Assembly (NCBI RefSeq): GCF_964204645.1
Contig: NC_134030.1
Location: forward strand, 15,996,110-16,060,109
Direction of reading: 5' to 3'
Source of the DNA: Tubulanus polymorphus
Lineage: Eukaryota > Animalia > Nemertea
DNA: 64,000 bases
Positions 22,652-37,193 of the stretch are shown here, one piece after another; the first letter of the stretch is position 1, and every line of letters begins with the position of its first letter. The position numbers and the translations under genes are program-made. A model generated the notes under the pieces. That model saw only the letters and a list, made by a program, of their open reading frames with translations, did no database searches and had not been told where the DNA came from.

Positions 22652-23632
22652 CCCTTACAATACCACTACTGTATGGCATACGGTACAAATTGGCAAGCTA
22701 GCATACCCGTACCGTATGTGATACGGTATCACTTAACCCTTCTTCTAGAAGGGCAGATCTATCAGTATCAGCCGGTGCTGCCATCTGCATAAAATCCAAG
22801 ATGGCAACAGCCAGGAAAAAACAATTTGGCTGGACGAAACTGTTCAGCAGCTCATATATGATGCTGACAGTGATGCTGGTGACTTGGAATTTGGAACAAA
22901 TTGAGAGTGACAACGAATATGACAGCAGCAGTTCAGATGTTGAGACTTAGTCAGAAAATAGGTTTATAGTGTCGGCAATGATTTTGATGATGAAAATGAA
23001 ATCAGTGACAATTTTTTTGTCATGGCAACGGACACAAATAACAATGATGAAGAACCAGAAACTGTCCATCCTCAAGGTCACGTATATCCAAATAATTTGT
23101 CTTATTTGTAAGCCCAATGGTTATCAACACCATGGTATACAATGTATCAGTGTAAAATACATAGGTAACAATTTTCTGAGGCCTGAAATTATACCCCAAT
23201 GAAACCCCTTACATCCGGCCTTCCGACATCGGTGGAGAAGTTGGTAAATGAGTGGAAAAATAAATGTTTTAGTTGTTCTATTGCTTTGAAATTTTTACTA
23301 CATAAAGTAAGGATATATGGCATGGCATACAATTTCAGTTGGAATTGAAGAGATCAGTGCATTTTGCTGGGAGACAGAGCAGTTAATCTGAAACTTTTTC
23401 GTGAATTTTTTTCATGGCGGCCATCTTGGAGTATGTGACCTTGACCTCAGGTTCACTTATATCCAAATTATTTATGTCTACATTGTTGGCCCAAAAGTTA
23501 TCAACAACATGCTATATAAATTTTCTGTGTCAGATACCTTGGTAACTATTCTATGAAGTTTCAAATATACCCCTATAAACCCCTAAATTCCTTCCGGTAT
23601 GGCAGTGGAGACACTATGTGGTATTGAAAGGG
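22652..23632 (+). mobile_element. Non-autonomous piggyBac (~980 bp)
   Basis: TTAA on both sides; TIR CCCTTACAATACCAC / GTGGTATTGAAAGGG; acidic transposase N-terminal remnant near 22801. Confidence 0.85.
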
Positions 23633-24008
23633 TTAATAAACGTATGTACCTTTTAGATATAGAGCATACGTTACCGTCTTTTAGATAGCCCTAAAACTTG
23701 AAAGCTAAATTGTTGTTCGTCAATTGTATGCATTTTTTGTTTGTTTGTTTGAAGTTTATCCGAGGAATGAAGATCTTGATAGGTTCAGGTGGTTCATCCT
23801 GCTACATAATATCAACATCGTATTTTTGATGATGTTTATAACCATCTTATATTCTTGAATGTGATACGTTATCTTCCAAAATTCAAGTGCTATCTATTTC
23901 TATCAGCTAAGGCTACAATATGTTACTAAATTAAAAAGTTCATAAGTGAAAAAATTAGAAATTTAAATTTCAACTATCTTCTACTATGGCAATTAAATGT
24001 CAGAAGTA

Positions 24009-27000
24009 CAGGGATGAAAACAGGAGGTATTGAAATCCGCTGAAATTTTGAAACATGAGGAATTTACCTTTACACTATATAACCTAATGGAAAACATTTA
24101 ATAATTCACTGACGATATATTATTCCTAATTGAAAAGCGATCGCCGTACGGAACGCAGTGGCGCTAGCAGTCGGTACTGAGGCATCATTATAAGGCATGT
24201 GAACACAGTGGCGCTAGCAGTCGGTACTGAGGCATGATATGTTAAGGCAAGCGAACACAGTGGCGCGAGCAATCGGTACTCGGGAATTCTTATTCCAACG
24301 CCGGCGCGGTCCATTGCTAATAGGATAACGATTCTCATTTCCTCGGCTAAGAAAAGGGGGCCTTTGAATTATTAAGTAACGGATTCTGAAATTCACTCCT
24401 GGACACAAACCAATAACACAATGATAATCCGATAAGGGTATCTTTTTGAGTTTTATTATTTCAACACACAAGAAGAGATATTGAACTATTAAATTTGCCA
24501 TATTATGCAGTATTACATTCACACAGGATCCAGATTACGCAGGAATCAGTTTCACCGTAAACTTTCAAACAATTTAGATTAAACTCGTTTAAGAGTCCAG
24601 TTTAACCATCTCTTGTTCTGAAACTATTTTCACTTACAACGGAAAATGATGGTTCTAACAAAACAAACACGAATTATAGCCATGAATTACAGGTTAAGGA
24701 CAAAGAATATAAGCCGAGCAAAAATTCAATTTCTACTGTACCGCCGACGCTTCTCTGCTAATTTCTGAAGAATCTCATTTTGATCGGCCCTTTTGGCTTT
24801 GGCCTGCGCGGCTGCTGCATGAACGATCCTAGCTTTTTTCGCCGTCTCGATATTCGTTTCTCTTGCTTTTCGTTTTGAGATTGTTTCAGTTTTCCGTGCT
24901 TGGATCGCTTTTAAATGAGATTCCCGCTTTTCTTTTGTTTCTTCGAGTTCTTGCTTATGAACTTGTGCAGCTGAAGCCATGTTTACGTTCAAACCCGTGG
25001 GACAGATGGGATCGCGGCGAATGTCATTTCTATTGAAAAAATCCACAGCCGACTTTCCAGCCAACGAATACTTCACTGTCTGTAAGGCACTGTACGTTGA
25101 TATATTCAACCGGTTGGATGTAGTATCCACAATATTCGACATTTCGCTGAATGAACTTTCAACTAGTGGGCATATGAAGCAACTTAGGAGCGCAAATACC
25201 ATTTTTGAAAGATTAGGATATGCTTTAGCCACGTGCGACCACCATTCGTCTATAGGCACCGGTATTGACTCGTCAGAAATAGCTTCTGGGAGCGTCTTGT
25301 CAGCCGTGTAACGGTGTACCTCAAGTTGGTAGCTATCAACCTCATCTGAATTCAGAACATGTGTTGCTATATTTGGCAAATCCTTTAGATATTTCAAGGT
25401 CAAGGTATGACCGCGACATGCTGGATCAATTGCAGCTATACGTAACAGTGTCTTACTGTTAAGCGGTAGTCTCTTTGCCAAATATTTAGCACAAGAGAGG
25501 CCTTTCTGACTTTGTCGTAAAATTCATTGACAAGTGGATCTTTTAGATTCTCACTGATAAGTTTTGAGGCTTTGTCTCCAACAAACATTTCACTCGGTTT
25601 CATCGTACAAAGATCAATATCGACACTAACTAATTTTCGATCATCGGCAGGGATCTTGTCAGGCTGAATAAAGCAACAGAGAAATTCCCGGAATACACTG
25701 ACTTGTTCATCAATAAGCTTATGTATCAACGGCTCTCGCTTTTGAACTTTCAGAACATATTTTTTCAGAACAGGAAAAACTGAAATCAGGAAATTCAGGT
25801 ACATAACTGTCCGTTTTCGGTCGACAAACAATCGATCGGTAATTTGATTTTTTCTTGCTTTTCCGTCCTCAGTAAGTTTCTTGTTTTTTACAGTTGACTG
25901 TATCTCTTTAATGCGATCTCGTGCAGGTTCTGAAATACCCAAGCGCCGAAAAATTTCTACGCAACGGGCTAGATATATAATGCGATCACCTGGATTAAAA
26001 AAACCGAAGTAGAACACTGTGTAGGCTTCTAACTTACGTTCTAAATCAACAGCGGCATCGTGCAAAGACAGCCACCTGGTAACAACATATCTTTCTGGCA
26101 TCGTGAAGTTAAATCCTAACAAAGAACATATTTCACGAAGGTAATCATCGCGCAAGTCAGGTGACCATTTCAAATCATTGTACAGATCTGTAATTAGCTT
26201 TTCGATCACTTTATCAAAACAATTGGTAAACTGTTTTGACGAATTGTGTACGTGGTGCGTCGAGTTGCCGTCGATGTTTAGAATGTGAGGGACCTTATCA
26301 CGCAACCTGGTCTCGAACCCGGATCTGCAGCCACGCATGACATTACATGAATATACAAGAACGGACATTAAATGATCATAAGATATCTGCCGATGGTCCA
26401 ACTCGCCAATGACCTCGTTAAAAATACTTTCACTTTTAGCCGAGATGACCTCAAGTGAAAAGAGACATGACGAAACACAATTTTTTTCTCGATGGGTGAA
26501 TAAAAACTGGCGAGAATAGAAAGAACTTTTTTCAGACTTAAACTTGTTGCTTCATCGATGTTGAGAGAGAAGAAGTTCTCATTTAGTTCTTCATTTAACT
26601 GATCTGAAAATGTCTTGGCCAAGCCATGTTTCATTTTGTACGATGCTGTAACTCTGGACATTTGTAAGTGCGACAGGGCATTTCTGTCTTTACATAAATA
26701 AGGCTTTAATCAGATCTATCACATCCGGAACAATGCTAAATGACATGTTTTTGTCGGCAATGAATGCAAGCAGCATAGCCTCAGAATGAAGAACCCGGTC
26801 CTGCACTGGAATGAAAGGTTCAACTTTCGGACGACTGCTCTCATTTACAGTGGATGGTGAATCTTTAAATGCTTGCCAAAGACCATACGGTTTCTCCTGT
26901 TGTGATGTTGAAGATCCTGCAAGGTAAACATTGAAGACTCAATCGATTGTCTGTTTTTATTTATTCTTAGACCGAATGTCTAGGCCTCAAATTATTTGAT

Positions 27001-27772
27001 CTAATTTCATATCTAAAAGCTGCAAATGAAATTCTGCAGCCGGGATTCCTGCAGAAATTTTTTCCACAGAACAAACTAAGGTACCGACTGGGTAAAATTT
27101 TTGGTTCAAAAACAAAGGAGGCATACCTGGTAGTTTGTAATTACTTCTTCTGTCTTTATCTATATCTTTGTGTTTTTTTGCATTTACGTGATCAGTAATA
27201 GCAACCTTTCTCCGTGCACCATAGTTTATTTCGCTGTCGCACCAGATGCATAATGCTTTTCCAGCAACGCTGATTTTTCTTATACATTCAGCGAGGGGAA
27301 CATCGTCGAAAACGGTCTCTAACCAATTCCATTTCCACGGATTTTTTAATCCTTTATCAACCACCCCTGATGGGTCTACAGAAGAGCACCTGTCTATGTT
27401 CTTACGATCCATGACGAACAAACTGCTAATAGCACCCCAGCATTCAAAACAAAACTACGGCGCGGGAAGCTTAATACGATAGACAGACAGGTAGACGCGA
27501 TGATACGCGCACGCTAATAGTTTTCACGTTAGATTATTGATTTTTTTTACACACACAATCTGATTGTACATCGTAGCGATATAAAAATAGAACGCTTTTA
27601 CGGTTCGGTTCGGTAGGCCTATGTTATCGCTAACGATGTCTGATTCAGAGAGAATGTCACAGAGTCCACCACCCCCCCCATTTCTCAACGGATTTGCACT
27701 GATCTCAAGAATGAGAAAAATGGGCCCTTTGTCCGCGGAAATCTGCGGATCCGCGGAAGATTTTCATCCCTG
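24009..27772 (-). mobile_element. hAT-like DNA transposon, full length but frameshifted
   Basis: TIR CAGGGATGAAAA / TTTTCATCCCTG; 6-bp TSD GAAGTA/GAAATA; three subterminal repeats CAGTGGCGCTAGCAGTCGGTACT at 24156-24281. Confidence 0.88.
24726..27421 (-). pseudogene. hAT-like transposase with one intron (26917-27126) and frameshifts
   Basis: BED-like CIWC..H...KH; FSLNIDEAT; HHVHN; TRWLSL; WW..YPNLSK..VESSFS dimerisation motif; GTATGC..GCAG intron restores frame. Confidence 0.85.
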
Positions 27773-28672
27773 GAAATAATATGTCCATGAAACATTCATC
27801 TGCTGTGTGAGAGGGAACTCTATTTCCATTTTAAGTAAAATCAGCCACGTAGGGTCTTGCGTATGGTTGTGATAAAAAACGTTTATAAGATACTTTCGCT
27901 ATTTACTCATGAATCATTTATGTTTTGAAAGTCATGGAATCTTTCAATGCTTATTTCTAATGTGCAATGAGAGTTCACTTTAGTTTTTGGTTTTCTTCTG
28001 AAAGAATAAATCTTCATTCCATTAAAATAAGAGATAAATGATATTATTGATGATCCAGACAAATAAGAGGCATAGTTTATAGTCATATACGGAAGTAACG
28101 TATCATGTAACAGAGAAACAGGCAGCCTGTAGGCTGATACAGCTCTGCTGTTTTATGATAAGATTTTACAAGGACCAGCTTCACAGCACGCTCAAGTGTT
28201 CAAATCCAGAAAACAGCTCTATAATTAGAGAATATATTTGGAAAACCGCTTTATAACTCTTTTGTCCTTGGCCCATAGTATCTACATACATGTACTTACT
28301 TTCATCGACATGGGACAAAAATTGTAGGACAAGTGGCAATTTAAAGATTTTACGAGTGTGACCTTTACAGCGCCCCTGAAGGTCAAATTGGAAAAACGGC
28401 TTTATAAAATTTTGTCCTTTGGCCTGTAGTACCTATAAACCAAGTTTCTTCATCAGATTATACTTATAGGATGAGTAGCAATTTAAAGATTTTACAAGCG
28501 CCACCCTTACAGCGCCCCCTAGAGATCAAATTTGGGAAACGGCTCTATCACTTTTTAGCCCTAGGCCCGCATTAGCTTCATACCAAGTTTGGTCTAGATT
28601 AGAAAAGAACAGTTGGCAGATTTCATGAAGTATGGTACCTTTCTGGTCAAATATTGAAAATATTATTATTAA

Positions 28673-31600
28673 CTCTTTCGCTGCTAAGCACGTACACTGT
28701 ACGTTTTTCTCTGACTGCATTTCTGTGCTAAGCACGTACGGTGTTCGTTTTTAGGACACTAGGAGGTGGTGGCCGCCTGTGGGTTTATAGAGAACGAATA
28801 TCAAAACAGCAAGTTATTTGCAAGTCTCCAGAGAGTATTTTCCAAGAATTCTAACGTATTTTGAATGAATGTCATACGTCACATCGGACTAGGGGGTTCA
28901 GAATTGAGTGACGTCATTCCAAAAGACCAGGAGAGCTAAAAAACGTTTAGAAACCAGTGATGTTTTAGAGGAATTATTCGGATAGCGGTGGAGAATTATT
29001 TGGTAAAAACAGTAGTTCCGAATCGTCAGGAGACGCGAGTGACCAAGCTGACTATGGGGAACTGTCTGAATCGGATGAAAACGAGGGTGAAATGGGGGAA
29101 CCAGGTCCAAGTGCAGCCACAGTAGGTGCTGGAGATTGCCATATTCATATTCCTATGGACCCTGAACCTCTACCTGGTCCAAGTCATGAACAATCTGATA
29201 CTGAATCTCTAGGTGCAACAGGTGATACAGACAATAGTGATTCTAATAGTAGTACTAGAAGGCCTAGTGGGGATCAAGAACAAGGTCACGACATGTCTGA
29301 CTCCGAGTCGGAAATGTCAGGTGCGGATTCTGGTAACGACCGCAGTGACGCTGGAAATGGTCGCAGGCAACGTAGAGGACGTAGAGGTGGGAATGCAGGT
29401 GGTGGTAGGCCTAATCGTGGTGGGCGTGGCCGTGGTGACGCCCGTGGTCGTCGTGGTGACGGTGGTCCTGGCAGAGTCAGAGGTCGTGGTCACGGCCGAG
29501 CCAGAGGTCATGGTGATGGTGGTCGTGGAGGTGGTAAAAGACGTGGTGGTGGAAATCGGCCAGATCCAGAAGCTGGATGGGATGCAGCAAACATCACAAG
29601 ACCAAATGTCGGTAATTTCACTGGTAATCCGGGGATTGTAAATCACCCTCAGCAAGGTGCAGACGCAGATCCGGTGGTTCATTACGTACAATTTAGTTGA
29701 TATTATAGTTGGGGAAACTAACTTATATGCGACACAATTTATCCGGGACACTCCTCTAAAACAGAAATCGCCCGTACATCATTGGAAGGAGGTAGACAGG
29801 GATGAAATGTGGAAATATCTCAGACTCACCTTCCTTACGGGTATTGTCAGGAAACCTATGATACAAATGTATTGGTCCAAGGAACCCATGTTAGCCACCC
29901 CATTCTTTGGGATGATCATGAGCAGAGACAGGTATCTTTGCATTCAACGGTTTTTCCACTTCAATGATAATGATGAGCAACTGAATCCATGTCCTGACCG
30001 ACTGTACAAGGTGAGACGGATCTACGACTACATCATCAACAAGTTTCAGTCAGTTTATGTCCCTGAGGAACACTTATCGCTAGATGAGGGCATGCTGAAA
30101 TGGCGAGGGCGTCTGGTTTTTAGGGTGTATAACCCTAAATAAAGGTCAAATGGCCCTGTGGCTCACCATTAAGTCATTTAGTGCATATATTGTCAAAAAT
30201 ATTATACTAAATATAAATTAATTCGGATTGAGGATGTATGAGGCTGACAATATATGCGCCTGCGGATGTGTTAGAGTTCTATCATTGCCGAGTCACTGTG
30301 CTATATATAGACTCGCTCAGGTGATTACTAACACCCACAGCCATATACTGTAACCTATATTCGCACACACGCGGCTGCCTGCTGACGCGCGTGTATACAA
30401 ATGTACTAGCGACGCAGTATTAGATTGGCCGTAATTTCACAAGTCAGAATACCTCCATCCACAAAATGTCCAAAAAATGCAAACATATAAGGACTTTTTT
30501 TTCTAGAAATGAAAAAAATAGCGGCTATGATTTTTTTCTTAAATAAATACCGACTTGGAAGACCCACTACTTGCTAGTTCAGAATTGCAACTGAATTGAA
30601 TAGCCCACTCGCTTATATTCGTGTCAACGAACAAATTATAAGCAAACGTAGGATACCTAATCGAATAAAATGTTCGCCATTTTGTCTTGGGTTTCACATT
30701 AGGCTTTCCCAATGGGCTTTCCCAATTACATCAGAGACGCTGAAATTCCTGGAATTTCCCGTATATCCCACAAACAGCCAATCACATTCATTGTACCTTA
30801 GGTTACAAGGTCGACTCAAATAAATAGAAGCGAGGAAATTTAGGGGGTTTATAAAGTGAGGGCCTGTAGGTCGAAAAGTACATTGAGATCAGTCGAACTA
30901 AAAACGGCGACACTTCCAGGAAGGATTGAACTTTTATATATTTCAATTCCAAGCATGCAAATTGTCATATATAAAAACGTGCCATTACTAAGTGCTAAAA
31001 AGCAGGGTTTTTGCGTGTTTTTCAAGAATAAGTCCCCTAAAAATAACTCTATCACTATGAAATTTTTGTGGGCTCGAGAACTCATTAAGCCAAACCATGA
31101 AACCAAAAATCAACACAATCGGTTCAACAGCCAATGTTTGTGCCTTGTTGACACACCGGTACTCTATTCATTTTCAATGAAAACTGCTTCATCAGACCGT
31201 TTGCGTAGGCAAACCTACGGTTCGCCAAAAACCCATCAAGTACGGGACGAAAGCTTACGTTCTCAGTGAAGCTACATCAGGTTATGTGTGGAACTACAGT
31301 TTATATTGCGGCATGCATCGATCTGTTACACAAATATGTGATGATCTTTTGGAAGAACTTAACGGAAAGAACTATAAAGTATATATGGACAATTTCTACA
31401 ATAGTGTAAAAGTGCCAAAACATCTTATTGCGAACTCTGTTCATACATGCGGCACTATTAGAATCAATCGTGGTTTTCCGCCGTCAATGGTCATTGAATC
31501 AAACAACTTGGAGCATGGACAAGTTGCCGCCCGTCAGAACGGCAACATTCTTCTACTTGGCTGGAAAGACAAGTGGCTTGTAAAGATGGTATCGACAATG

Positions 31601-31950
31601 CATGATGCATCTATGGGAGATTCCGGGAAGAAAGACCGCCAGGGAAATCCTATAATGAAACAAAATGTGTACTACAGTATAACAAATATATGTCTGGTGT
31701 TGATTTCATCGATCAACTAGGTAGCTACTACCCCTGCACTAGAAAGTCAGCCAAGTGGAGTAGAAAGCTAGGTTTACATCTCTTGCATCTGTGTTTGCTA
31801 AATGCCTATGTTCTGTATAACAAATATGAACAGGAAAAGTTGACTTTGATGCAGTTCTCAACTCAGTGTATCAAGTCAATGGTGGAACTCGGTCGAGACG
31901 ATTCGGCGTCAACGGATGCCTCGGCAGATGATGGCCCCCCTGAAAGATCA
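28673..31950 (+). mobile_element. piggyBac transposon 1 (decayed, interrupted, right end lost)
   Basis: TTAA|CTCTTTCGCTGC left end; motifs MSRDRY, SLDEGM, YMDNFYNS, SGVDFIDQ over 29092-31950. Confidence 0.88.
30139..31229 (-). mobile_element. HINE-like insertion splitting piggyBac transposase
   Basis: Removal rejoins VYNPK with KPIKYGTKAYVLSEATSGY; ends AAGGTCAAATGGCCCTGTGGCTCACC and TAGGCAAACCTACGGTTCGCCAAAAA; A/T-run target, no TSD. Confidence 0.75.
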
Positions 31951-33170
31951 AGGTAATTGATAAAAGCGTCTTCAAAATTTTCCTCAAAAAGTTCAAAAAC
32001 ATGTTAAAAGTGCTGATTTTGGCGAACAACAATGGCTGCCAGTCGGCCATCTTGATTCTGACAGGGCCAGTTTTTGGGCCGAAGATGTGTCTAGGGTAGA
32101 TACCTGTGTAACCCAAATATCGAGACATTACATTGAAGCGTCTTCAAAACTTCCCAAAGTAACTGGATTCCGTCTACGGACGGACGACGGACAAACGACG
32201 GACCAAAAGTGAACGCAATAAATAGAGCTGGCTAAAAAAAGAACTGGCTTTAGCCAACAACAATGGCCGCATGTCAGCCATTTCGATTCTGACCGGGCTG
32301 GACGTACCCGCCCCACTCCGCGCGGTTGCGCCACCGCGCGGTATTTACGCGAAGCAGCAGAACACAAACATGGCCACTCTCTCAATTTTCAATGATAGAA
32401 ATCGTGTGTGCATTTCAATTATTCCGGCTGTTAGGGTTTTAAGGCACAATATAAGTTGATGATGTGATATGGCAATGTTAATCAATGATAATTCCGCACT
32501 GAAGCTAGTCACGAACCGTGCCGATTGAGTGTACAGCTGCCAAAAACACTGAAATGTGCGTAGTTGCGTAACTATTTGCAGTGAATTGCGGACGAAACAT
32601 GAAGCCTTAACGGCCGTTTAAAAAAAAATTATACCAATCGCAATTGTAAAATAAAAATGAGATAGAACCTAAGTTAAAATTCTGGCCATTTCTAAAATGT
32701 TATTACTAATTTTTAGTCAGTGCGGAACGTTTAGTTTTCCAACAATATTGAGGGGTGGTAGGTAGTCATGCAATTCAAGTCATCATTTATTACACTTTAC
32801 TTCCGTGTTGTTGAAAATCTCGCGAGTCCTGGACCAAACCCCAATGAACAATGTGATCTGTGTGCTGGCCACAAATGCACACAGATCACACTACACTACC
32901 CATTACACACTCCAGTACCCACAGCTTTCATATATTCATCCAAATATTTAGTGGCTTTCATCCAGGTTTTTGGACTGATGATATGTCCTGGGTAGAACTG
33001 CGTGTATGAACTACGTGTATGAACTAAATATGAACACAATCCATTGGAGTGTCTTCAAAACCTATATATCTACAGATTTCCGTTTTCGAAATTTCAGAAT
33101 TTCCTTTTGATAGTTCATGGCTATTCAAGAATTTCAAGGCCAACTACAAACCCTGAGTATCTTGACTCAC

Positions 33171-33308
33171 CCCTTAATTCGCCTCTAGCTTCTGCAGGTA
33201 CTATCACAATTTCAAATTTCATTTTTCTATCTAATTCTTCACTGATTGCATTAGCCTCTGTAACTGCAGGTAACGTATCCATCAAATCTTCTTGTAACAA
33301 CAATTCCT
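33171..33308 (-). CDS. KIF28P: Host kinesin-3 exon (ELLLQEDLMDTLPAVTEANAISEELDRKMKFEI...)
   Basis: ttAG/GTGAGT, phase 1/1; V.EANAISEEL.K...F motif. Confidence 0.92.
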
Positions 33309-34564
33309 CTAAAATAAAACTGATAGTTTAGTTCAGAGTTCAATTCAAGACTTTTATAAAGGACCAATGGTCCAGTGGCTCGCCAAACTGGTGTGAAGTA
33401 AAATCTGTCACGTAGGCTACCGGTATGCAAAAAATCATTTCATTTAAAATTAAACAAGAAAAAAATATATATAAAAATGGACTCAATTTTGGTCAGTGTG
33501 AACTTTTAATGATAACTGACTTTTAACGAGAATGAAATCTTCGAAAAATTGATTATGGGCCTTTTGTCTGAACAAATGTTCATAATTGCAATACATCCCT
33601 TGAATGATGTAAAACAACTAAAACTATGAGTGACCAGATAAGACACGATACAAACTTGGTGAGAGCTTGGGTTTACTCAGAGGTTTAAGTAGCTTAAGTA
33701 GCTTACATCTTCACTCAGACAAATCACTGTTATGTGCGACCTACATAGTGGCGCGGGTAATATATAACTGATACATACACGCAATGAACACGAGAGTATG
33801 TAAGGCTATATTGCCTACGTGACTGTACAAGACTGTTTTCAACGTGAACGCTGTGCCGCAGTTACCAAACTAATACAAATAATCAGGCTCCAAAACGGAT
33901 CGCAAATGCAAACGTTAATCAAATGACTTCAATTAATGATGATAAAACAAGTATTCCAGTCGTGTAAATATCAGACTCATCTCTAAAAATTTGATGCTAT
34001 CAGTAAATCAGCCGTGTGGTGAACACAGAAGTAAATTTCCGCATTTTGAAACCACATTTTCGTCAGATATCTTGATGCAACGTTACCTTATGCACGGGAT
34101 ATCAAAACTAGATGAATCATTGAACACATCGCACACAATAAATCCTTATAGCATATGCCTTGAATATCAGTATTATACTGATATCCATTCGCACTAGAGA
34201 TGATGAATATCAACCTATTCAATCGTGCCGCCATTTTGTATGTGAAATAACGCGCACCAGCTGATCGACCTCGTTCAATGTTATGACTTCATGATAGAAG
34301 TCAAAACATAGTCAACACAAATTTTATAGAACCAAGATTTTGAGGGGTTTCTTCTTTGAAAGCCCATAACTACCGAACCAAGCATCGGATCTTGGCGATG
34401 TAAAGTTCTTCCGATGCAAATAGCATTGAATTTTCAGATGTGTTATTTTGGACAGTTGAAGATGCTGCATGAAAAAACGTGCTCAAATAAATTGAATTTT
34501 TGAAACTTTTTGGTAAATTTCTTTAAAAATATGAAACCGACGGCTTTCAACTTAGTGCACCATT

Positions 34565-37193
34565 AAGAACTAGGGGTCCAGGGACACCATGCCCACTTGG
34601 AAAGTGGTTTCCAATGCTCAACAATCTAACAATTTCAATATTCAACGCCCCCTGGTGACCATATACAAAAACCAATGACCTTGAAATACTTTCATAGAAC
34701 ATGTCAGCAGGTACGATTTTGTAATTGATTGTGATAACAAAATACGCCTCATTACCAATCTAATATGGAAATACTAAGTAATTCTACTATTCAATGCCCC
34801 TGGTGACTATATGCAAAACCCAATGACCTTGAAACTGACTACAATCAGACCTGCCAACCTTGTGTCTGACTAAATCAGAACAATTTCATAAATTATCAGT
34901 AATTTTTGAAGTTTTTCAGTAACAAGCATACAATACTAAAACACTATTATACTATATAAATCATTTTATTTATCAACGAAAAAACAAATTGTGATTGTCA
35001 GAACAATTAATACTGTAATAATTGATTCCCGGCAAATAAAAACAACTGAGACAAAACCGCTGCAAATTGATTAGCAAATACATCTTTTGAAAATTATCAT
35101 CTAAATTGTTCAACTTTCACGGACAATTCAACATTAATAAGCATAATACGATTATCGTTTCGATAAAGCTGCCGCTGTAGCCTTCTTAGCTTTCTCTTAT
35201 AATTTCACGCTTGCATCATACTCATGACAAACAATGCCTTGAGCTTTCATGATGAGCAAACTTTCCAATGTCTTTTGTCCTAATGACGCTCTGAAGTCAT
35301 TTCGATTCTTCCTGAAGATACTAAAAATTCTCTCGCACTGCGCATTCGAAACTGGTATCAACAACACTTGAAGCATCCCCCTGGGTAAAATAGTAAACCT
35401 GCAGAGAAAATATAATTTGGTGGATAAATTTATATTCTATACAACAAAGTTTCTCCACCCACTGTTTATGGATTATAGTTTTACTGTACACCTACATAAA
35501 ACATGTCGGCTTATAATCTAATAGGCCGGATAGCGTCTAAGTCAAGACCAGACGATGCTGGAGTGAAAAAACGACTTATCTTACATGTTTTTGCGTTAGT
35601 CTTATGTTTTTTCGTCTCCAAATGACGCTGTATGTCAGTTATACCGCCGTGCGCTATGTTAATAGCAAAACTCCACAGTCCGTACAAAACGAGTGTTTCG
35701 AGCTCTTCAAGGCCTTCATGCAGGGGAATTTAACAGTGTAACTACTCCGAAACGTTTGCGTACCGGTCGGCCTCTTTCTTTTATTTGCTGGTTCATTGTT
35801 ATTAGGGTCTTCATGGCTTAAATCCATCAAACCATCGCCGAATTCGTCACGACTTCTGTCGGCAGCCGTCATTATAAGTCACACTAATTACAGCCGAGAA
35901 CCGATGCGAATGGTTGGCGAAGGGAGATCGTGTTTGCAAATCTTTTATAATTTAATTTGTTTATCATCGACCAAATAAATAAAGCAGAATCGTGAATTGA
36001 TAGACGAATAAAATAACTTCAGTCGGGTTATTGCAAAAAATTCCGCGCTTGCAAGCAACGTTGATATATGTTAAAGCAGATGCGCTGTTGTGTTGTACTG
36101 TATAGTAAGGCGCTCACGCAGTGTATAGGTTGCCACGGTGACAGCAGGCGCGTGTATGCCAAGGTCACACCAGCGGTCTGTGTACACAAACTGCTCGCGT
36201 GGCGTGCCGATAATCAAATCATCTTTCGTCATTTTTAAAGAATATCGTAACAACGCTAGAATTTTCCATAGAACGTAATGAAAATAAACTAAAATCGTAA
36301 TTTTGAACACCCAATCGTAACATCGTAATTTGTAATGTCAATCCGTAATGATTACGGGAAAATCGTAACAGTTGGCAGGTCTGTACAATAATAGAACATG
36401 TCATAAACTACAACTTTGCAATTGATCATGGTAACAAAATATGCCTAGGTACCAATCTAATAAGGAAATACTAAGTGATTCTACTATTCAACGCCCCCTG
36501 GTGACCATATCGAATAACTAATGTCCTTAAAACTCAGTACAGTCCTAGACAATGTCATGAGCTACAACTTTGCAATTGATTGTGGTAACAAAATATGCTT
36601 AGGTATCAATATAATGTGGAAAAACTTTTTCCCACCGACGAATGGGTACTGATGATACCAAGATGGCCGCCAATTACGTCATTATTGGCCGATCAAAAAT
36701 TCCTGGCTCAGGTATAAAACATCCCTTTCCAAAGAATACCCTTCACAAATTGCAATGAGAAATGGCAAACCAGTAGAAAGCTACAGGACTCAGAATTTGG
36801 CCATAAATTGACATTTTTTGGGCACTAAAAAGGTCATCTTGAGTCCGACTGACCCAATTTTACTTATGGTGATGGACCCGTGGTGGATTCAAATATATAC
36901 AAAAGATCGAGGTAATTGATTTAAGCGTCTTCAAAATTTCCCTCAAAAAGTGTAAAAAGTGCTGATTTTGACGAACAACAATGGCTGCCAGTCAGCCATC
37001 TTGATTGTGACAGGGCCAGTTTTTGGGCTGAAGATGTGTCTAGGGTAGATACATGTATAAACCAAATATCAAGACATTACCATGAAGTGTCTTCAAAACT
37101 TCCCAAAATAACTGGATTCCGTCTACGGACGGACGGTGGGCAAAAAGTGAACGCAATAGCCCGCTGGGACTAAAGTCCCAAATGGGCTAAAAA
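34565..37193 (-). mobile_element. Helentron/HINE-like element (family D) with internal ~150-165-bp tandem repeats
   Basis: Repeated CAACGCCCCCTGGTGACCATAT units; end TAGCCCGCTGGGACTAAAGTCCCAAATGGGCTAAAAA; homologous to 54440-55258. Confidence 0.7.
34846..36383 (-). mobile_element. Internally deleted hAT transposon
   Basis: Perfect TIR CAGACCTGCCAAC / GTTGGCAGGTCTG; TACAAT on both flanks; BED-finger N-terminus (35872 down) and PVSNAQCERIFS dimerisation remnant (~35340). Confidence 0.85.

Larger units (their letters stand above)
28108..32238 (-). mobile_element. Helentron/HINE-like element (family B) hosting a piggyBac
   Basis: End CAGCCTGTAGGCTG..CAGCTCT hairpin; other end GGAC-type microsatellite + AGAGCTGGCTAAAAA; 31945-32220 shared with 36900-37157 and 55050-55258. 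Confidence 0.5.

Noticed and set aside
29213-29751. Val-rich and Thr-rich ORFs
   Set aside because: Alternate frames of the RGG-coding piggyBac N-terminus
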